Shown here: positions 1 to 8,447 of the stretch, piece after piece | How the letters are laid out: each line of letters opens with the position of its first letter | Position numbering within the stretch: position 1 is the first letter of the stretch | NCBI GenBank assembly: GCA_964622205.1 | Contig: CAZUPA010000002.1 | Span: forward strand, 1 to 56,647 | From: an uncultured Sphaerobacteraceae bacterium | GTDB lineage: Bacteria; Chloroflexota; Chloroflexia; Thermomicrobiales; UBA6265 | DNA: 56,647 nucleotides | Direction: 5' to 3' | Notes under the pieces: generated by a model | What the model was told of the DNA's origin: nothing | What the model saw: only the letters and a program-made list of their open reading frames with translations | Database searches by the model: none | Position numbers and translations under genes: made by a program

Positions 1-68
1 GCGGCGCTGCTGGGCCGGACCGACAGCGACCCATGAGTTACGTCCGGATCTCAGGAACGATCGGGTAA

Positions 69-1319
69 TCAGGTAGCGGGAACCGGATCGTCGATGCGGC
101 CTGAATGGTCGTCCACATCAAGCGCAGCTCCCTCCTCCTCGCCGGGCGGACGCCGGTTGGAGCGCAGGGTGACGAGGCCGCGAATCGCGATCAGCCCTAT
201 CGCCGTGAACGCCGCTGCCCAAACGGCGGGGGCCTGGATGCGGTCTGGAAACGCTGGTTCTTCCGCGACCGGCTCGGCCGAGGCGACGGCCACTTGTGGT
301 GGCTCCGAGTCTTCAACCGCCTGCTCCAGCGGTTCACTAGCGCTGAACGATGCCGATGAGGTGGTCGAGCGAACGATCTCGATTGGAGCGGGATCGGTGA
401 ACTCGAGGATGTCGCCTTCAAAGGCCTCGTTGGATGCGATTAGTTCTTCCTGCCGCAGGAATCCATAGTCGAGGAGGGTGGCATTGTCGTCGTACCAGTC
501 GCTGCCGTCGCCGACGCCGTCGAGGGTAACCGCGATGACATTCCGCGAATCGTCGCGGGTGGCGAAGTTGATCAGGCAGTATCCAGAGTCCCAGTCGTAG
601 CCTGTTTTCCCGGCTACCACCGAGGGATAGAGGTTGAGCGAGCGATTGGTGTTGGTGACCGTCAAGTAGCCGTTCGAGGTGGTATAGGAACTCGTGCCCA
701 TGATCTTCATGAGCGTGGGGTAGTTGGCGGCCAGGCGGCCAAACGTGGCGACATCGGCGGCGGTGGAGTAGTGGCCCTCCACGCCCCAACCGTGCGCATT
801 CATGAAATGTGTGTTCTCGAGACCGATGTCGGCGACGCGCTGGTTGAGCAGATCGAGGAACCGCTGGATGGCTTCCTCGTCGGTATCGCCCTCCTGATAG
901 CCGAGAGAGCGGGCGATGGCGTTGGCGGCGTCGTTTCCCGAGGGCAGGAGCATGCCGTAGAGCATATCTTCGAGGGTGTATTCCTCGCCTACTCCGAAGC
1001 CCATGTGCGTGCCATTCGATCCGAAGTAACCGCCATCGGGGGAGCGGAGATCGCTGTCCTTCGTGACGATGATGGTGTCGAGCGGAGCCATTTCCATCGC
1101 TTGCACGGCGGTGAACATCTTGGTGACGCTCGCGATGGCGACGCGCTTGCCGGCATCGCGCTGGGCAAACACGTAGCCGGAAGTTGCGTCGATGACGATG
1201 TAGCGGGAGGAGGTGATCTTGAGTTCGGACGCTTCCTGCGCGGCCACGGGCACAAACAGGAGGGACAGCGCCACGAACGTGGTGAACACTATTGAGCGGA
1301 GCCGGTGGCTCAACGACAT
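69..1319 (-). CDS. D-alanyl-D-alanine carboxypeptidase (serine peptidase S11, PBP5-like), secreted with C-terminal membrane anchor
   Basis: 416-aa ORF. Ordered SxxK (SVTKMFT), SxN (PSGND) and KTG (AGKTGY) motifs. Hydrophobic N-terminal signal. C-terminal TM stretch AVWAAAFTAIGLIAIRGLV. Confidence 0.85.
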   Translation of the reverse strand: MSLSHRLRSIVFTTFVALSLLFVPVAAQEASELKITSSRYIVIDATSGYVFAQRDAGKRVAIASVTKMFTAVQAMEMAPLDTIIVTKDSDLRSPDGGYFGSNGTHMGFGVGEEYTLEDMLYGMLLPSGNDAANAIARSLGYQEGDTDEEAIQRFLDLLNQRVADIGLENTHFMNAHGWGVEGHYSTAADVATFGRLAANYPTLMKIMGTSSYTTSNGYLTVTNTNRSLNLYPSVVAGKTGYDWDSGYCLINFATRDDSRNVIAVTLDGVGDGSDWYDDNATLLDYGFLRQEELIASNEAFEGDILEFTDPAPIEIVRSTTSSASFSASEPLEQAVEDSEPPQVAVASAEPVAEEPAFPDRIQAPAVWAAAFTAIGLIAIRGLVTLRSNRRPPGEEEGAALDVDDHSGRIDDPVPAT

Positions 1320-1443
1320 GTACGTGCATCCTGGTGAAGAAAGGTCTGTCTCGGCGGCCTGGCGGATGAATGCCAGGACCTGGAACCAATGCGCAGGGCA
1401 TCGGTCGTGCGTGGTTCATGATACCCGGTTGGGATAGGCGGCA

Positions 1444-1476
1444 CGCAAACAGCCACATCCGAAACGGACGTGGCTG
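1444..1476 (-). terminator. Intrinsic terminator downstream of tRNA-Val
   Basis: 7-bp stem CAGCCAC/GTGGCTG (1450-1456 / 1470-1476). On the minus strand it is followed by TTTGCG, directly 3' of the tRNA. Confidence 0.5.
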
Positions 1477-1487
1477 CATGGGACTCC

Positions 1488-1564
<77 letters not shown>

Positions 1565-1602
1565 GCGAGCACGCGAAGTATAGGGGCGACGGCGAGGGAA
1601 AA

Positions 1603-2106
1603 TCAAGCCTCGCCATCGCCTTTCCAGGATGCCCAGGCGGCGGTGTCCGCGAGCAGGTCGCTGGCGGTGGTGACAATGGTTCCGCCGGATGCTTCGATGA
1701 AATACTGGACCTGCAGGTTGACGATGGAGCCGAAGTTGTCGCCAGCCAGGCGGAAGTCGGTCCTGAGCCCGTAGACCCGCTTTCCGCGGGCATTGGCATA
1801 GCCGACTTCCGCGGCCGTTCCGGAGTCAACATCGACTCCATCCAGAATTGCGATCACGCCATCGGCGCGTTCGATCGCGGCGGCGTTAGCGCGGCCAAGC
1901 TCGCGATTGATTTCGGCGAGGCGACGGAGGCGGACGGTTACGCTATCTTCGGACTGGAGCGCGATGAACTCGGCGTCGAAGCGCTGGTCATCCCAGGGGT
2001 TGAGCACGTCGACGATCTCACGGAGCGCCGTCGCCAGCTCGGCCATGTATGCCCTGGTGGAATCGGCGAAGCCAAGCGGGGATGCCAGGTAGATCGTCTT
2101 GCGCAC
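1603..2106 (-). CDS. Nucleoside 2-deoxyribosyltransferase-family protein
   Basis: N-terminal KTIYLASPLGF strand-loop typical of the family. The ORF extends to ATG 2157. GTG at 2106 has a better Shine-Dalgarno (SD) match (GAAAGGG, 8-nt spacing) and frees space for the divergent small gene. Confidence 0.65.
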   Translation of the reverse strand: MRKTIYLASPLGFADSTRAYMAELATALREIVDVLNPWDDQRFDAEFIALQSEDSVTVRLRRLAEINRELGRANAAAIERADGVIAILDGVDVDSGTAAEVGYANARGKRVYGLRTDFRLAGDNFGSIVNLQVQYFIEASGGTIVTTASDLLADTAAWASWKGDGEA

Positions 2107-2156
2107 TTGGTTGGCCCTTTCGATTGGGGACGGCTGCTGGAAATGAAGGAGTTGCA

Positions 2157-2327
2157 TTGGAGAAGGCTATTCTCGCTGGCTTGACATTCACCGTCGCGTT
2201 CATCGTCGTGATCAAGTGGTTCACCGGAATCGCGCTCATGCCGTTGCTGCTGATCGCGATTTTTGTGTTTGGCATGGCGTTTGGCTTCAGCATACGAATG
2301 GAGCGTCTGAACCAGCGGCGGCGTTAG
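2157..2327 (+). CDS. Small (56-aa) two-helix membrane protein, hypothetical
   Basis: TTG at 2157 preceded by AAGGAG (2146-2151, 5-nt spacing). Translation LEKAILAGLTFTVAFIVVIKWFTGIALMPLLLIAIFVFGMAFGF..RRR has two hydrophobic helices and a basic tail. Confidence 0.4.
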   Translation: MEKAILAGLTFTVAFIVVIKWFTGIALMPLLLIAIFVFGMAFGFSIRMERLNQRRR

Positions 2328-2785
2328 TGACCGAGGCGGGCGACCGACTTGCTCCGGTCGTGCCAGACCAGCGCGACGGACTTGAACTGCTTGAGGAGCC
2401 CGGATGCACGCTGGTGCAATGGTCGAAGTCCTTCGTTCTTGACTTTCCATTTGCCGAGCAACTGGTTCAGAACCAAAAGGCTGTCGCCGTTGACGGTCAC
2501 GTTCGTCGATGTGGAGGCGTCGCCGAGTTCCCGCTGAAGCCAGGCGAGCGCTTCGATCAAGGTCTGGTATTCGGCCTGGTTGTTGGTCACACCGTCTCCA
2601 TAGTCGTGACGGTGATGCCGGATGACCGCGCCTTTCGAGGTGATTTCGTAGCTGCCGTACCCCTTGCCCGGGTTTCCGAGCGAGCCGCCATCGAAGACGA
2701 TTTCGTAGGAGGCGGACGTTGGCGCGTCAAAGAGCGAGTGTTGTTGGTGGGCCATGGGGAGGCGCGGATCCTTTCGGGCGAGCAT
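2324..2785 (-). CDS. rnhA: Ribonuclease H, type 1 (RNase HI family)
   Basis: FDGGSLGNPG (first catalytic Asp), NNQAEYQ (Glu) and VNGDSLL (Asp) in RNase H order. Alternative start ATG 2755. Confidence 0.75.
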   Translation of the reverse strand: MLARKDPRLPMAHQQHSLFDAPTSASYEIVFDGGSLGNPGKGYGSYEITSKGAVIRHHRHDYGDGVTNNQAEYQTLIEALAWLQRELGDASTSTNVTVNGDSLLVLNQLLGKWKVKNEGLRPLHQRASGLLKQFKSVALVWHDRSKSVARLGH

Positions 2786-2793
2786 TCGACGAG

Positions 2794-2833
2794 ACGAAGC
2801 AAGGACCAGATCGAATCCTGATCCTTGCTTCGT
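2794..2833 (-). terminator. Long stem-loop after the EF-G2-like gene (terminator or attenuator, no clear U-tract)
   Basis: 15 bp of pairing with one mismatch: ACGAAGCAAGGACCAG / CTGATCCTTGCTTCGT, 8-nt loop. Lies between the EF-G2 stop (2863) and the rnhA start. Confidence 0.45.
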
Positions 2834-2862
2834 TCAGTCTAGAGCTTTCGAGTCGCCGCAGG

Positions 2863-4953
2863 TCAGGCCGCCTGCCCGGTGGCGATCGTTTCCGCCTCGC
2901 GCTTGATGGATTCAGCGAGGTGGGCGGGCACCTCCTCGTAGCGGCAGAACTCGGACGTGAACGATCCGCGCCCTTGCGTTATCGACCGGAGGTCGGTGGC
3001 ATAGCGTTGGAGTTCCGCCGCCGGCGCCTGCGCCTCGATAATGGACGTGCCGTCTTCACCCGGCTCCACGCCGCTCACATGCGCACGCTTGGAGTTGAGG
3101 TCGCTCATCACATCGCCCATGTAAGCGTCGGGAACAGTGACCCGGAGGAGGTTGATCGGTTCCAGCAGGGTGGGACTGGCATTGAGGATGCCGCGTTTGA
3201 ATGCCTCCTTGGCGGCGATGCGGAAGGCCATTTCGTTGGAGTCGACGTTGTGGTAGCTGCCATCGGTCAGGGTTGCCCGGACGTTGACGACTGGATACCC
3301 GGCGATGGGCCCGGCATCGAGCGCATCCTTGATGCCCTTCTCGACCGCCGGGAAGTACCCCTTCGGCACGGAACCACCGACCACGCGATCGGTGAACTCG
3401 AAGTCGGCCTCGGGGAGTGGTTCGAGTTCGAGGTAGACGTGGCCGTACTGACCGGCGCCGCCCGTTTGCTTCTTGTGCTTGTATTCGCTGGTGGTTTTCG
3501 AGCGGATCGTTTCACGATAGGCGACCCGGGGCAAGCCAATGTCGACGTGGACTCCGCTGCGGCGGCTCATCCGGTCGAGCGAGATTTGCACGTGCGGTTC
3601 TCCAAGGCCGCTGACGATGGTTTCGCCGCTGATCGGATCGCGGGAAAGGACGATGGATGGGTCCTCCTCCCGGAGCCGGACCAGCGCCTGGCCGAGTTTG
3701 TCGAGATCGGACTTGGAGCGCGGGTGAACGGCGCAACTGTAGGCCGCGTTGGGCGTGGTTATGCCGTCAAGGACGATTCCGGAACCGTCGGCGGCGATGG
3801 TATCGCCCGTGCCGACCGATCCGAGCTTGGAGACGCCGCCGATGTCGCCCGCGACGACCGCTCCGGTGGCCTGGTGTTCCTTGCCGGCTGGATGGAAGAG
3901 CTGGCCGATGCGTTCGCCTTCGTTCTTCGTGGTGTTGGTAACGTGCGAGTTGGAGTTGAACGTGCCAGCGAAAACCCTGTAGTAGGTGACGCGGCCGACG
4001 TGGGGGTCGCTGACGGTTTTGAACGCCAGGGCGGCGAGAGGGGCGGATGGGTCCGCTTCGAGCGTGGCGTCCGCGCCATCGACCGTCGCCGGTTCGGTGC
4101 GTTCGGAAGCCGCGGGCAATTCACGGATGACGGCGGACAGGAGCGGCTGGATGGCGAGCGTGTACTGGGTGGCGCCACAGAGGAGCGGGGTGACGGAGCC
4201 ATCGCTGATACATGATCTGAGTTCGTCGAAAAGCTCGTCATCGGTGATGGGCTCTTCGTCGAGATACCGCATCATCAGGTCTTCGTTGTGCTCGGCGATG
4301 CTCTCGACCAGGGCCTGACGATAGGTCTCGACGTCGCTGGCCAGTTCGTCTGGAATCGGCACGGTGTCGAAGCCGCCGTCGGCATTGTCGTGATACACGT
4401 ACGCCTTGTTGCTGAGGAGATCGACGATGCCTCGGAAGGACTTGTCGGAGCCGATCGGGAAGTGAATTGGGGCTATCCGTTTGCCGAACGCTTCGCGAAG
4501 CGACTCGAGTGTCCGGGCGAAGTCCGCGTTTTCGCGGTTCATTTTGTTGACGAAAAGCAGCCGGGGCAGGTTGTACTGGTTGGCGAGTTTCCAGGCGTGC
4601 TCGGTGCCGACCTCGACCCCGGCGGAGGCATCGATCAGGATGACCGCGCCGTCGACCACGCGCATGGCGGCGTGGACTTCCCCCAGAAAGTCGGCGTAGC
4701 CGGGCACGTCAAGCACGTTGATCTTGTGGTCGTCCCACTCAACCGGGATCACGGTGGTGCTGATGGACATTCCGCGCTTGATTTCGTCTGGATCGTAGTC
4801 AGATGCAGTGGTGCCGTCCTGGGCATTGCCCAGACGACTGGTGGCGCCACTGACGAACAGAAACGCTTCGGCCAGGGATGTCTTTCCCGCGCCACCGTGG
4901 GAAAAGAGACCGACGTTTCGAATACGCTCCGCGGGATACTGCTTCATGCTCAT
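2863..4953 (-). CDS. Elongation factor G paralogue (EF-G2-like translational GTPase)
   Basis: G1 SHGGAGKTS, G3 DVPGYADF, G4 NKMN. C-terminal KKQTGGAGQYGHV and SYHNVDSNEMAF resemble EF-G domains IV and V. Start is ATG 4953 or 4947 (GGAAGAGG SD). The upstream part of the 762-aa ORF overlaps coaX and is rejected. Confidence 0.85.
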   Translation of the reverse strand: MSMKQYPAERIRNVGLFSHGGAGKTSLAEAFLFVSGATSRLGNAQDGTTASDYDPDEIKRGMSISTTVIPVEWDDHKINVLDVPGYADFLGEVHAAMRVVDGAVILIDASAGVEVGTEHAWKLANQYNLPRLLFVNKMNRENADFARTLESLREAFGKRIAPIHFPIGSDKSFRGIVDLLSNKAYVYHDNADGGFDTVPIPDELASDVETYRQALVESIAEHNEDLMMRYLDEEPITDDELFDELRSCISDGSVTPLLCGATQYTLAIQPLLSAVIRELPAASERTEPATVDGADATLEADPSAPLAALAFKTVSDPHVGRVTYYRVFAGTFNSNSHVTNTTKNEGERIGQLFHPAGKEHQATGAVVAGDIGGVSKLGSVGTGDTIAADGSGIVLDGITTPNAAYSCAVHPRSKSDLDKLGQALVRLREEDPSIVLSRDPISGETIVSGLGEPHVQISLDRMSRRSGVHVDIGLPRVAYRETIRSKTTSEYKHKKQTGGAGQYGHVYLELEPLPEADFEFTDRVVGGSVPKGYFPAVEKGIKDALDAGPIAGYPVVNVRATLTDGSYHNVDSNEMAFRIAAKEAFKRGILNASPTLLEPINLLRVTVPDAYMGDVMSDLNSKRAHVSGVEPGEDGTSIIEAQAPAAELQRYATDLRSITQGRGSFTSEFCRYEEVPAHLAESIKREAETIATGQAA

Positions 4954-5134
4954 CCTCTTCCAGACGTGGACAAGCTCGCGCCGTGTTGTCTTTTCGCGAA
5001 CCTGTCTATCGGCGGCAGATCGCACATTGTTGAGTTTGGATGAAGTATAGGCGGGCGATGGAAATTGGGGAAGCAGCGCGAGAGACGATGCTGATTCCAT
5101 GCTCTTCCGGGCTGACTGCACGCGATAGCGACCG

Positions 5135-5920
5135 TCAGGAGCGGCCCTCACAGGCGTTCAGTTCGTACACGAGGCGAAGACCGTCGATGGTGAGGTCAGG
5201 CTCGTAGGCATCGATCAGGGAGGACGCTTCGGCGAAGATTTCGCTGTAGCCTCCGGTGACGATCACGGTGGGCTCGCCTTCGAGTTCACGCTCGATGCGG
5301 GCGATCATGCCTTCGAGCAGAGATAGGTAGCCAAGCACCATTCCGGACTGGAGTGCTTCGGTGGTCGACCGTCCGATGGCATGCGCTGGCGGCGCCAGAT
5401 CGACATTGAACAGGCGAGCGGCCCGCGACGTCATGGCTTCGAACGCCACGATCAGTCCCGGCGCGAGCGCGCCGCCAACATAGTTGCCCCGGTGATCGAC
5501 GATGTCAAAATTGATGGCGGTGCCGAAGTCGATTGAGATCAGGGGCGCGCCGTACTTCCGGAACGCGGCCGCCGAGTTGACGAGACGGTCGGCGCCAATT
5601 TCTCCCGGCTGTGGGTAGTCGATGCCAATTCCGAGATTCAGGTCGACGCCGACCTGCATGGCCTCAATGCCGAGATGGGTGCTTCCCATCTCCGTCAGCC
5701 AGCGGGTGACGCTGGGCACCACGCTGGAGATGACCATGGCTGTGATTCGATTGGGATCGACTCCGGCGGAACTCAGGACGGGAGCGAGGATCGCGTACCA
5801 TTCATCCGGCATTCGATCGCGCCGGGTGGACATGCGCGCGCTGGCGACCCGCATCGATGATTCGATGTCGAACAGGCCAAACACCGTGTTTGTATTGCCG
5901 ACATCGACAACAAGCAGCAT
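5135..5920 (-). CDS. coaX: Type III pantothenate kinase
   Basis: MLLVVDVGNTNTVFGLF N-terminus, IDFGTA and VTGG motifs. ATG 5920 preceded by GGGGTGAGG. Confidence 0.85.
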   Translation of the reverse strand: MLLVVDVGNTNTVFGLFDIESSMRVASARMSTRRDRMPDEWYAILAPVLSSAGVDPNRITAMVISSVVPSVTRWLTEMGSTHLGIEAMQVGVDLNLGIGIDYPQPGEIGADRLVNSAAAFRKYGAPLISIDFGTAINFDIVDHRGNYVGGALAPGLIVAFEAMTSRAARLFNVDLAPPAHAIGRSTTEALQSGMVLGYLSLLEGMIARIERELEGEPTVIVTGGYSEIFAEASSLIDAYEPDLTIDGLRLVYELNACEGRS

Positions 5921-6017
5921 GGCCTCACCCCAGTGATCGCGAACCGGCGCCCGTTGCGGGCCGGACATTATAGAAGACGAACGCGTGTTGAGCCCGCATG
6001 GCGGCTCAGAGGACATC

Positions 6018-7337
6018 ATGGTTCAGGAACAGACTTCGCGCGGCGCTGGCGGGAATTCCTCCGGGACGCTGTCGCCGACCCACTTCTATCTTCGCATGTC
6101 GGCCCTGTTCCTGCTCGTGCTCCTGGTGGGCATGGCGGGAGGGATGTTCGTCGGCCGCGAAACGGCCCCAACCCAGGCGGGCGGCGCTGGCGGTTTCGAT
6201 GACCTGGATGCCGTGACGGACGTCCTGACAGGAAATTACTACTATCGTCCGACGACTTCCGATGAGCAGGCGGTGTTCGAAACGACGCTGGAGCAACAGG
6301 CGATCACTGGCATGCTCGCGAGCCTCAACGATGACTACACTCGCTACCTCCCGCCAGTCGAAGCACAGATCGCGGCCGAGGAACTTGTAGGTGAGTACGG
6401 AGGCATTGGGGTCTCGCTTCAGGAAGTGGATGGTCTGGTCGCCGTGGGGCGGGTTGGCCCGGAAACACCCGCGGCCCGGGCTGGCATCAGGGCCGGTGAC
6501 ATCGTCGTGCGGATCGACAACCGGCCAGTGGCGGTGATCGAGGGCGATCTCAACGGGCTCGACCTTCGCGGGCCAGTAGGCTCGTCCGTGGACCTGACGA
6601 TCCAACAGCCGTCCGCCGAGGGACCCATCACGCTCAGCATCGAGCGAGAGGCGATCATCGTTCATCCGGTGGCCTGGGAGCAGATCGAGGGCACCACATA
6701 CATGCGGATCGCGATCGACATCTTTGGCGACCGCACGACGAGGGAGCTCGACGAAGCCCTGGCGGAGGCCGACGCGGCCGGGATTACCGGTATCGTGCTG
6801 GACCTGCGAGGAAACGGCGGTGGCTGGGTGAGATCGGCGCAGGAGACGATCGGCCGGTTCCTTCCAGATGAGACAGGACCGGCCCTTTACGAAGACACCA
6901 CTCCTGGCCCCGGCAATGAAGTGGATCTGCCGATCATAAATGGAGACAACGGGCCAACCGACCTGCCAATGATCGTGCTTGTGGATGGGAATACGGCCAG
7001 CGCCGCCGAGATCGTGGCGGGATCGCTGCGTGACTACGACCGTGCCCTCGTGATCGGTGAGGAAACCTTCGGCAAGGGCTCGGTCCAGCGAATCTTCGAT
7101 TTCGAGGACGGCGCGTCGCTGCGCGTGACAGTCGCCGAGTGGTTCACGCCGAGCAAGGGACGGATTCAGGATGAAGGCATCAATCCGGACGTGCTGCTGA
7201 CCACAGGCGGTGGTTCGGGCATACAGGCTGGCGACCCGTTTGTGACCGCGGCGGTCGCCTTCCTGGACCAGGGCAAGAGCCGGCCCACCGATCTCGCCCT
7301 GCCAACTGGCGAGGCGACGCCAGCGGTCTCCCCCTGA
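6018..7337 (+). CDS. Carboxy-terminal processing protease (peptidase S41) with PDZ domain and N-terminal TM
   Basis: DLRGNGGGW, TASAAEIVAG (Ser nucleophile) and GKGSVQ (Lys). TM MSALFLLVLLVGMAGGMFVG. ATG 6018 has an AGAGGA SD. GTG 5985 is an alternative start. Confidence 0.85.
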   Translation: MVQEQTSRGAGGNSSGTLSPTHFYLRMSALFLLVLLVGMAGGMFVGRETAPTQAGGAGGFDDLDAVTDVLTGNYYYRPTTSDEQAVFETTLEQQAITGMLASLNDDYTRYLPPVEAQIAAEELVGEYGGIGVSLQEVDGLVAVGRVGPETPAARAGIRAGDIVVRIDNRPVAVIEGDLNGLDLRGPVGSSVDLTIQQPSAEGPITLSIEREAIIVHPVAWEQIEGTTYMRIAIDIFGDRTTRELDEALAEADAAGITGIVLDLRGNGGGWVRSAQETIGRFLPDETGPALYEDTTPGPGNEVDLPIINGDNGPTDLPMIVLVDGNTASAAEIVAGSLRDYDRALVIGEETFGKGSVQRIFDFEDGASLRVTVAEWFTPSKGRIQDEGINPDVLLTTGGGSGIQAGDPFVTAAVAFLDQGKSRPTDLALPTGEATPAVSP

Positions 7338-7371
7338 TCCCCACTTCTCCGCCGCCTGGCGAGTACGCCCC

Positions 7372-7409
7372 AAAACCCCGGATCGCGGCATGCCGCGATC
7401 CGGGGTTTT
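7372..7409. terminator. Bidirectional intrinsic terminator after the S41 protease gene
   Basis: Perfect 38-nt palindrome AAAACCCCGGATCGCGGCA|TGCCGCGATCCGGGGTTTT with A/T tracts on both flanks. Confidence 0.85.
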
Positions 7410-7430
7410 GTCCTGAGTGTGCGGAAATCA

Positions 7431-7512
7431 TTAACTCGACTGGCGATTTTACGATACAGCCGCGGTGATTTAACACTCCGCTTACAAACCATTAAGTTCC
7501 GCGGGCTATGGT
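7431..7512 (+). promoter_or_regulatory. AT-rich promoter region with Pho-box-like TTAACA-type direct repeats
   Basis: TTAACT 7431, TTTTAC 7447, TTAACA 7470, TTACAA 7482, TTAAGT 7492. The last three fall at ~10-12-bp phasing. Candidate -10 TATGGT at 7507-7512. Local GC is visibly lower than the flanks. Confidence 0.4.
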
Positions 7513-7562
7513 TCCAAATGTGAACAGTTCCACACGCCGTCAGGTGGAGGCAAATCCAGGCA

Positions 7563-8360
7563 ATGGTGGCACAGTCGGTCAATCAACGCGAAGAAGCTAC
7601 AGTCCTGCTCGTGGAAGACGACCCGACCCTGAGAAGCACCCTGGCGTTCAACCTGGTGCGAGAAGGGTACGACGTTCTGACCGCGGTGGATGGAACTTCG
7701 GCGCTTGAGGTTGTGGCCCAGCACGGAGATCGCCTTGACCTGATGATCCTCGACGTCATGCTGCCGAAGCTGAATGGGTTCCAGGTACTCCGCACACTTC
7801 GAAAGGACCATGACTTTCCGGTTCTCATGCTCTCGGCGAGAGGCGAGGAGCAGGATCGAGTGGATGGCTTCGAATTGGGCGCGGATGACTATGTGGTGAA
7901 GCCATTCGCGCTGCGGGAGCTGTTGGCGAGGGTCAGGGCGGTTGTGCGGCGGAAGGCGGTCGCTTCGGCGAAGCCGCCCAGCATCCTGTACCGGGGAGAC
8001 CTCCAGATCGAGCCCGATCGCCGCGGGGCGCGAGTCGGAGACACGGAACTCCTGTTGCGGCCAAAGGAGTTTGGCCTGCTCGTCACCCTGGCAATGGAGC
8101 CGGGGCGGGTATTCCAGCGACAGGAGTTGCTCGATTCGATCTGGGGCGCCGACGTGTTCGTGGACGAGCGCACGGTGGATGTTCACATTTCCTGGTTGCG
8201 CGGAAAACTGCAAGCCGCTGGAATGACCAGCGACTGCATCCGCACTGTCTATGGCGCTGGATACAGATTCGTCCTCGACCCTGAGCATCAGGTTGCGTCC
8301 GGGGCGAGAGCCGGGTCGGCGCCAGGAACCTCCCTTCAGGTCACGAAGGCCGCTGAGTAG
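7563..8360 (+). CDS. OmpR/PhoB-family response regulator (likely phosphate regulon regulator)
   Basis: Receiver motifs LLVEDDP and LMILDVMLP. Winged-helix motifs TVDVHISWLRGKL and YGAGYRF. Sits immediately upstream of pstSCAB-phoU. Confidence 0.85.
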   Translation: MVAQSVNQREEATVLLVEDDPTLRSTLAFNLVREGYDVLTAVDGTSALEVVAQHGDRLDLMILDVMLPKLNGFQVLRTLRKDHDFPVLMLSARGEEQDRVDGFELGADDYVVKPFALRELLARVRAVVRRKAVASAKPPSILYRGDLQIEPDRRGARVGDTELLLRPKEFGLLVTLAMEPGRVFQRQELLDSIWGADVFVDERTVDVHISWLRGKLQAAGMTSDCIRTVYGAGYRFVLDPEHQVASGARAGSAPGTSLQVTKAAE

Positions 8361-8376
8361 ACCGGGCATCGGAGCC

Positions 8377-8431
8377 TGTCTACCAGCAAAGGTCGGACGA
8401 TGGACGTCCGATAGCCGGTAGACATATGTCT
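8377..8431 (+). promoter_or_regulatory. Nested stem-loop plus overlapping 12-bp palindrome between the regulator gene and pstS
   Basis: Outer arms TGTCTACCAGC/GCCGGTAGACA. Inner arms TCGGACG/CGTCCGA. Perfect palindrome AGACATATGTCT (8420-8431) shares bases with the outer right arm. Confidence 0.4.
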
Positions 8432-8447
8432 CAAGGAGAAGTCCCTC

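Noticed and set aside
1-36. Possible 3' end of a plus-strand gene running into the window (..AALLGRTDSDP stop at 34-36).
   Set aside because: Only 11 codons are visible. Coding status and function cannot be supported.
2719-4215. 498-aa plus-strand ORF antisense to the EF-G2-like gene. Similar long antisense ORFs occur at 6006-7391, 10937-12199, 20367-21947, 26433-27863, 33536-34744, 38270-39547 and 51533-53014.
   Set aside because: Each lies fully inside a gene with unambiguous family motifs on the other strand. Their translations are Arg/Gly/Pro/Asp-rich with no motifs. This is the expected shadow-ORF artefact of GC-rich DNA with few stop codons.
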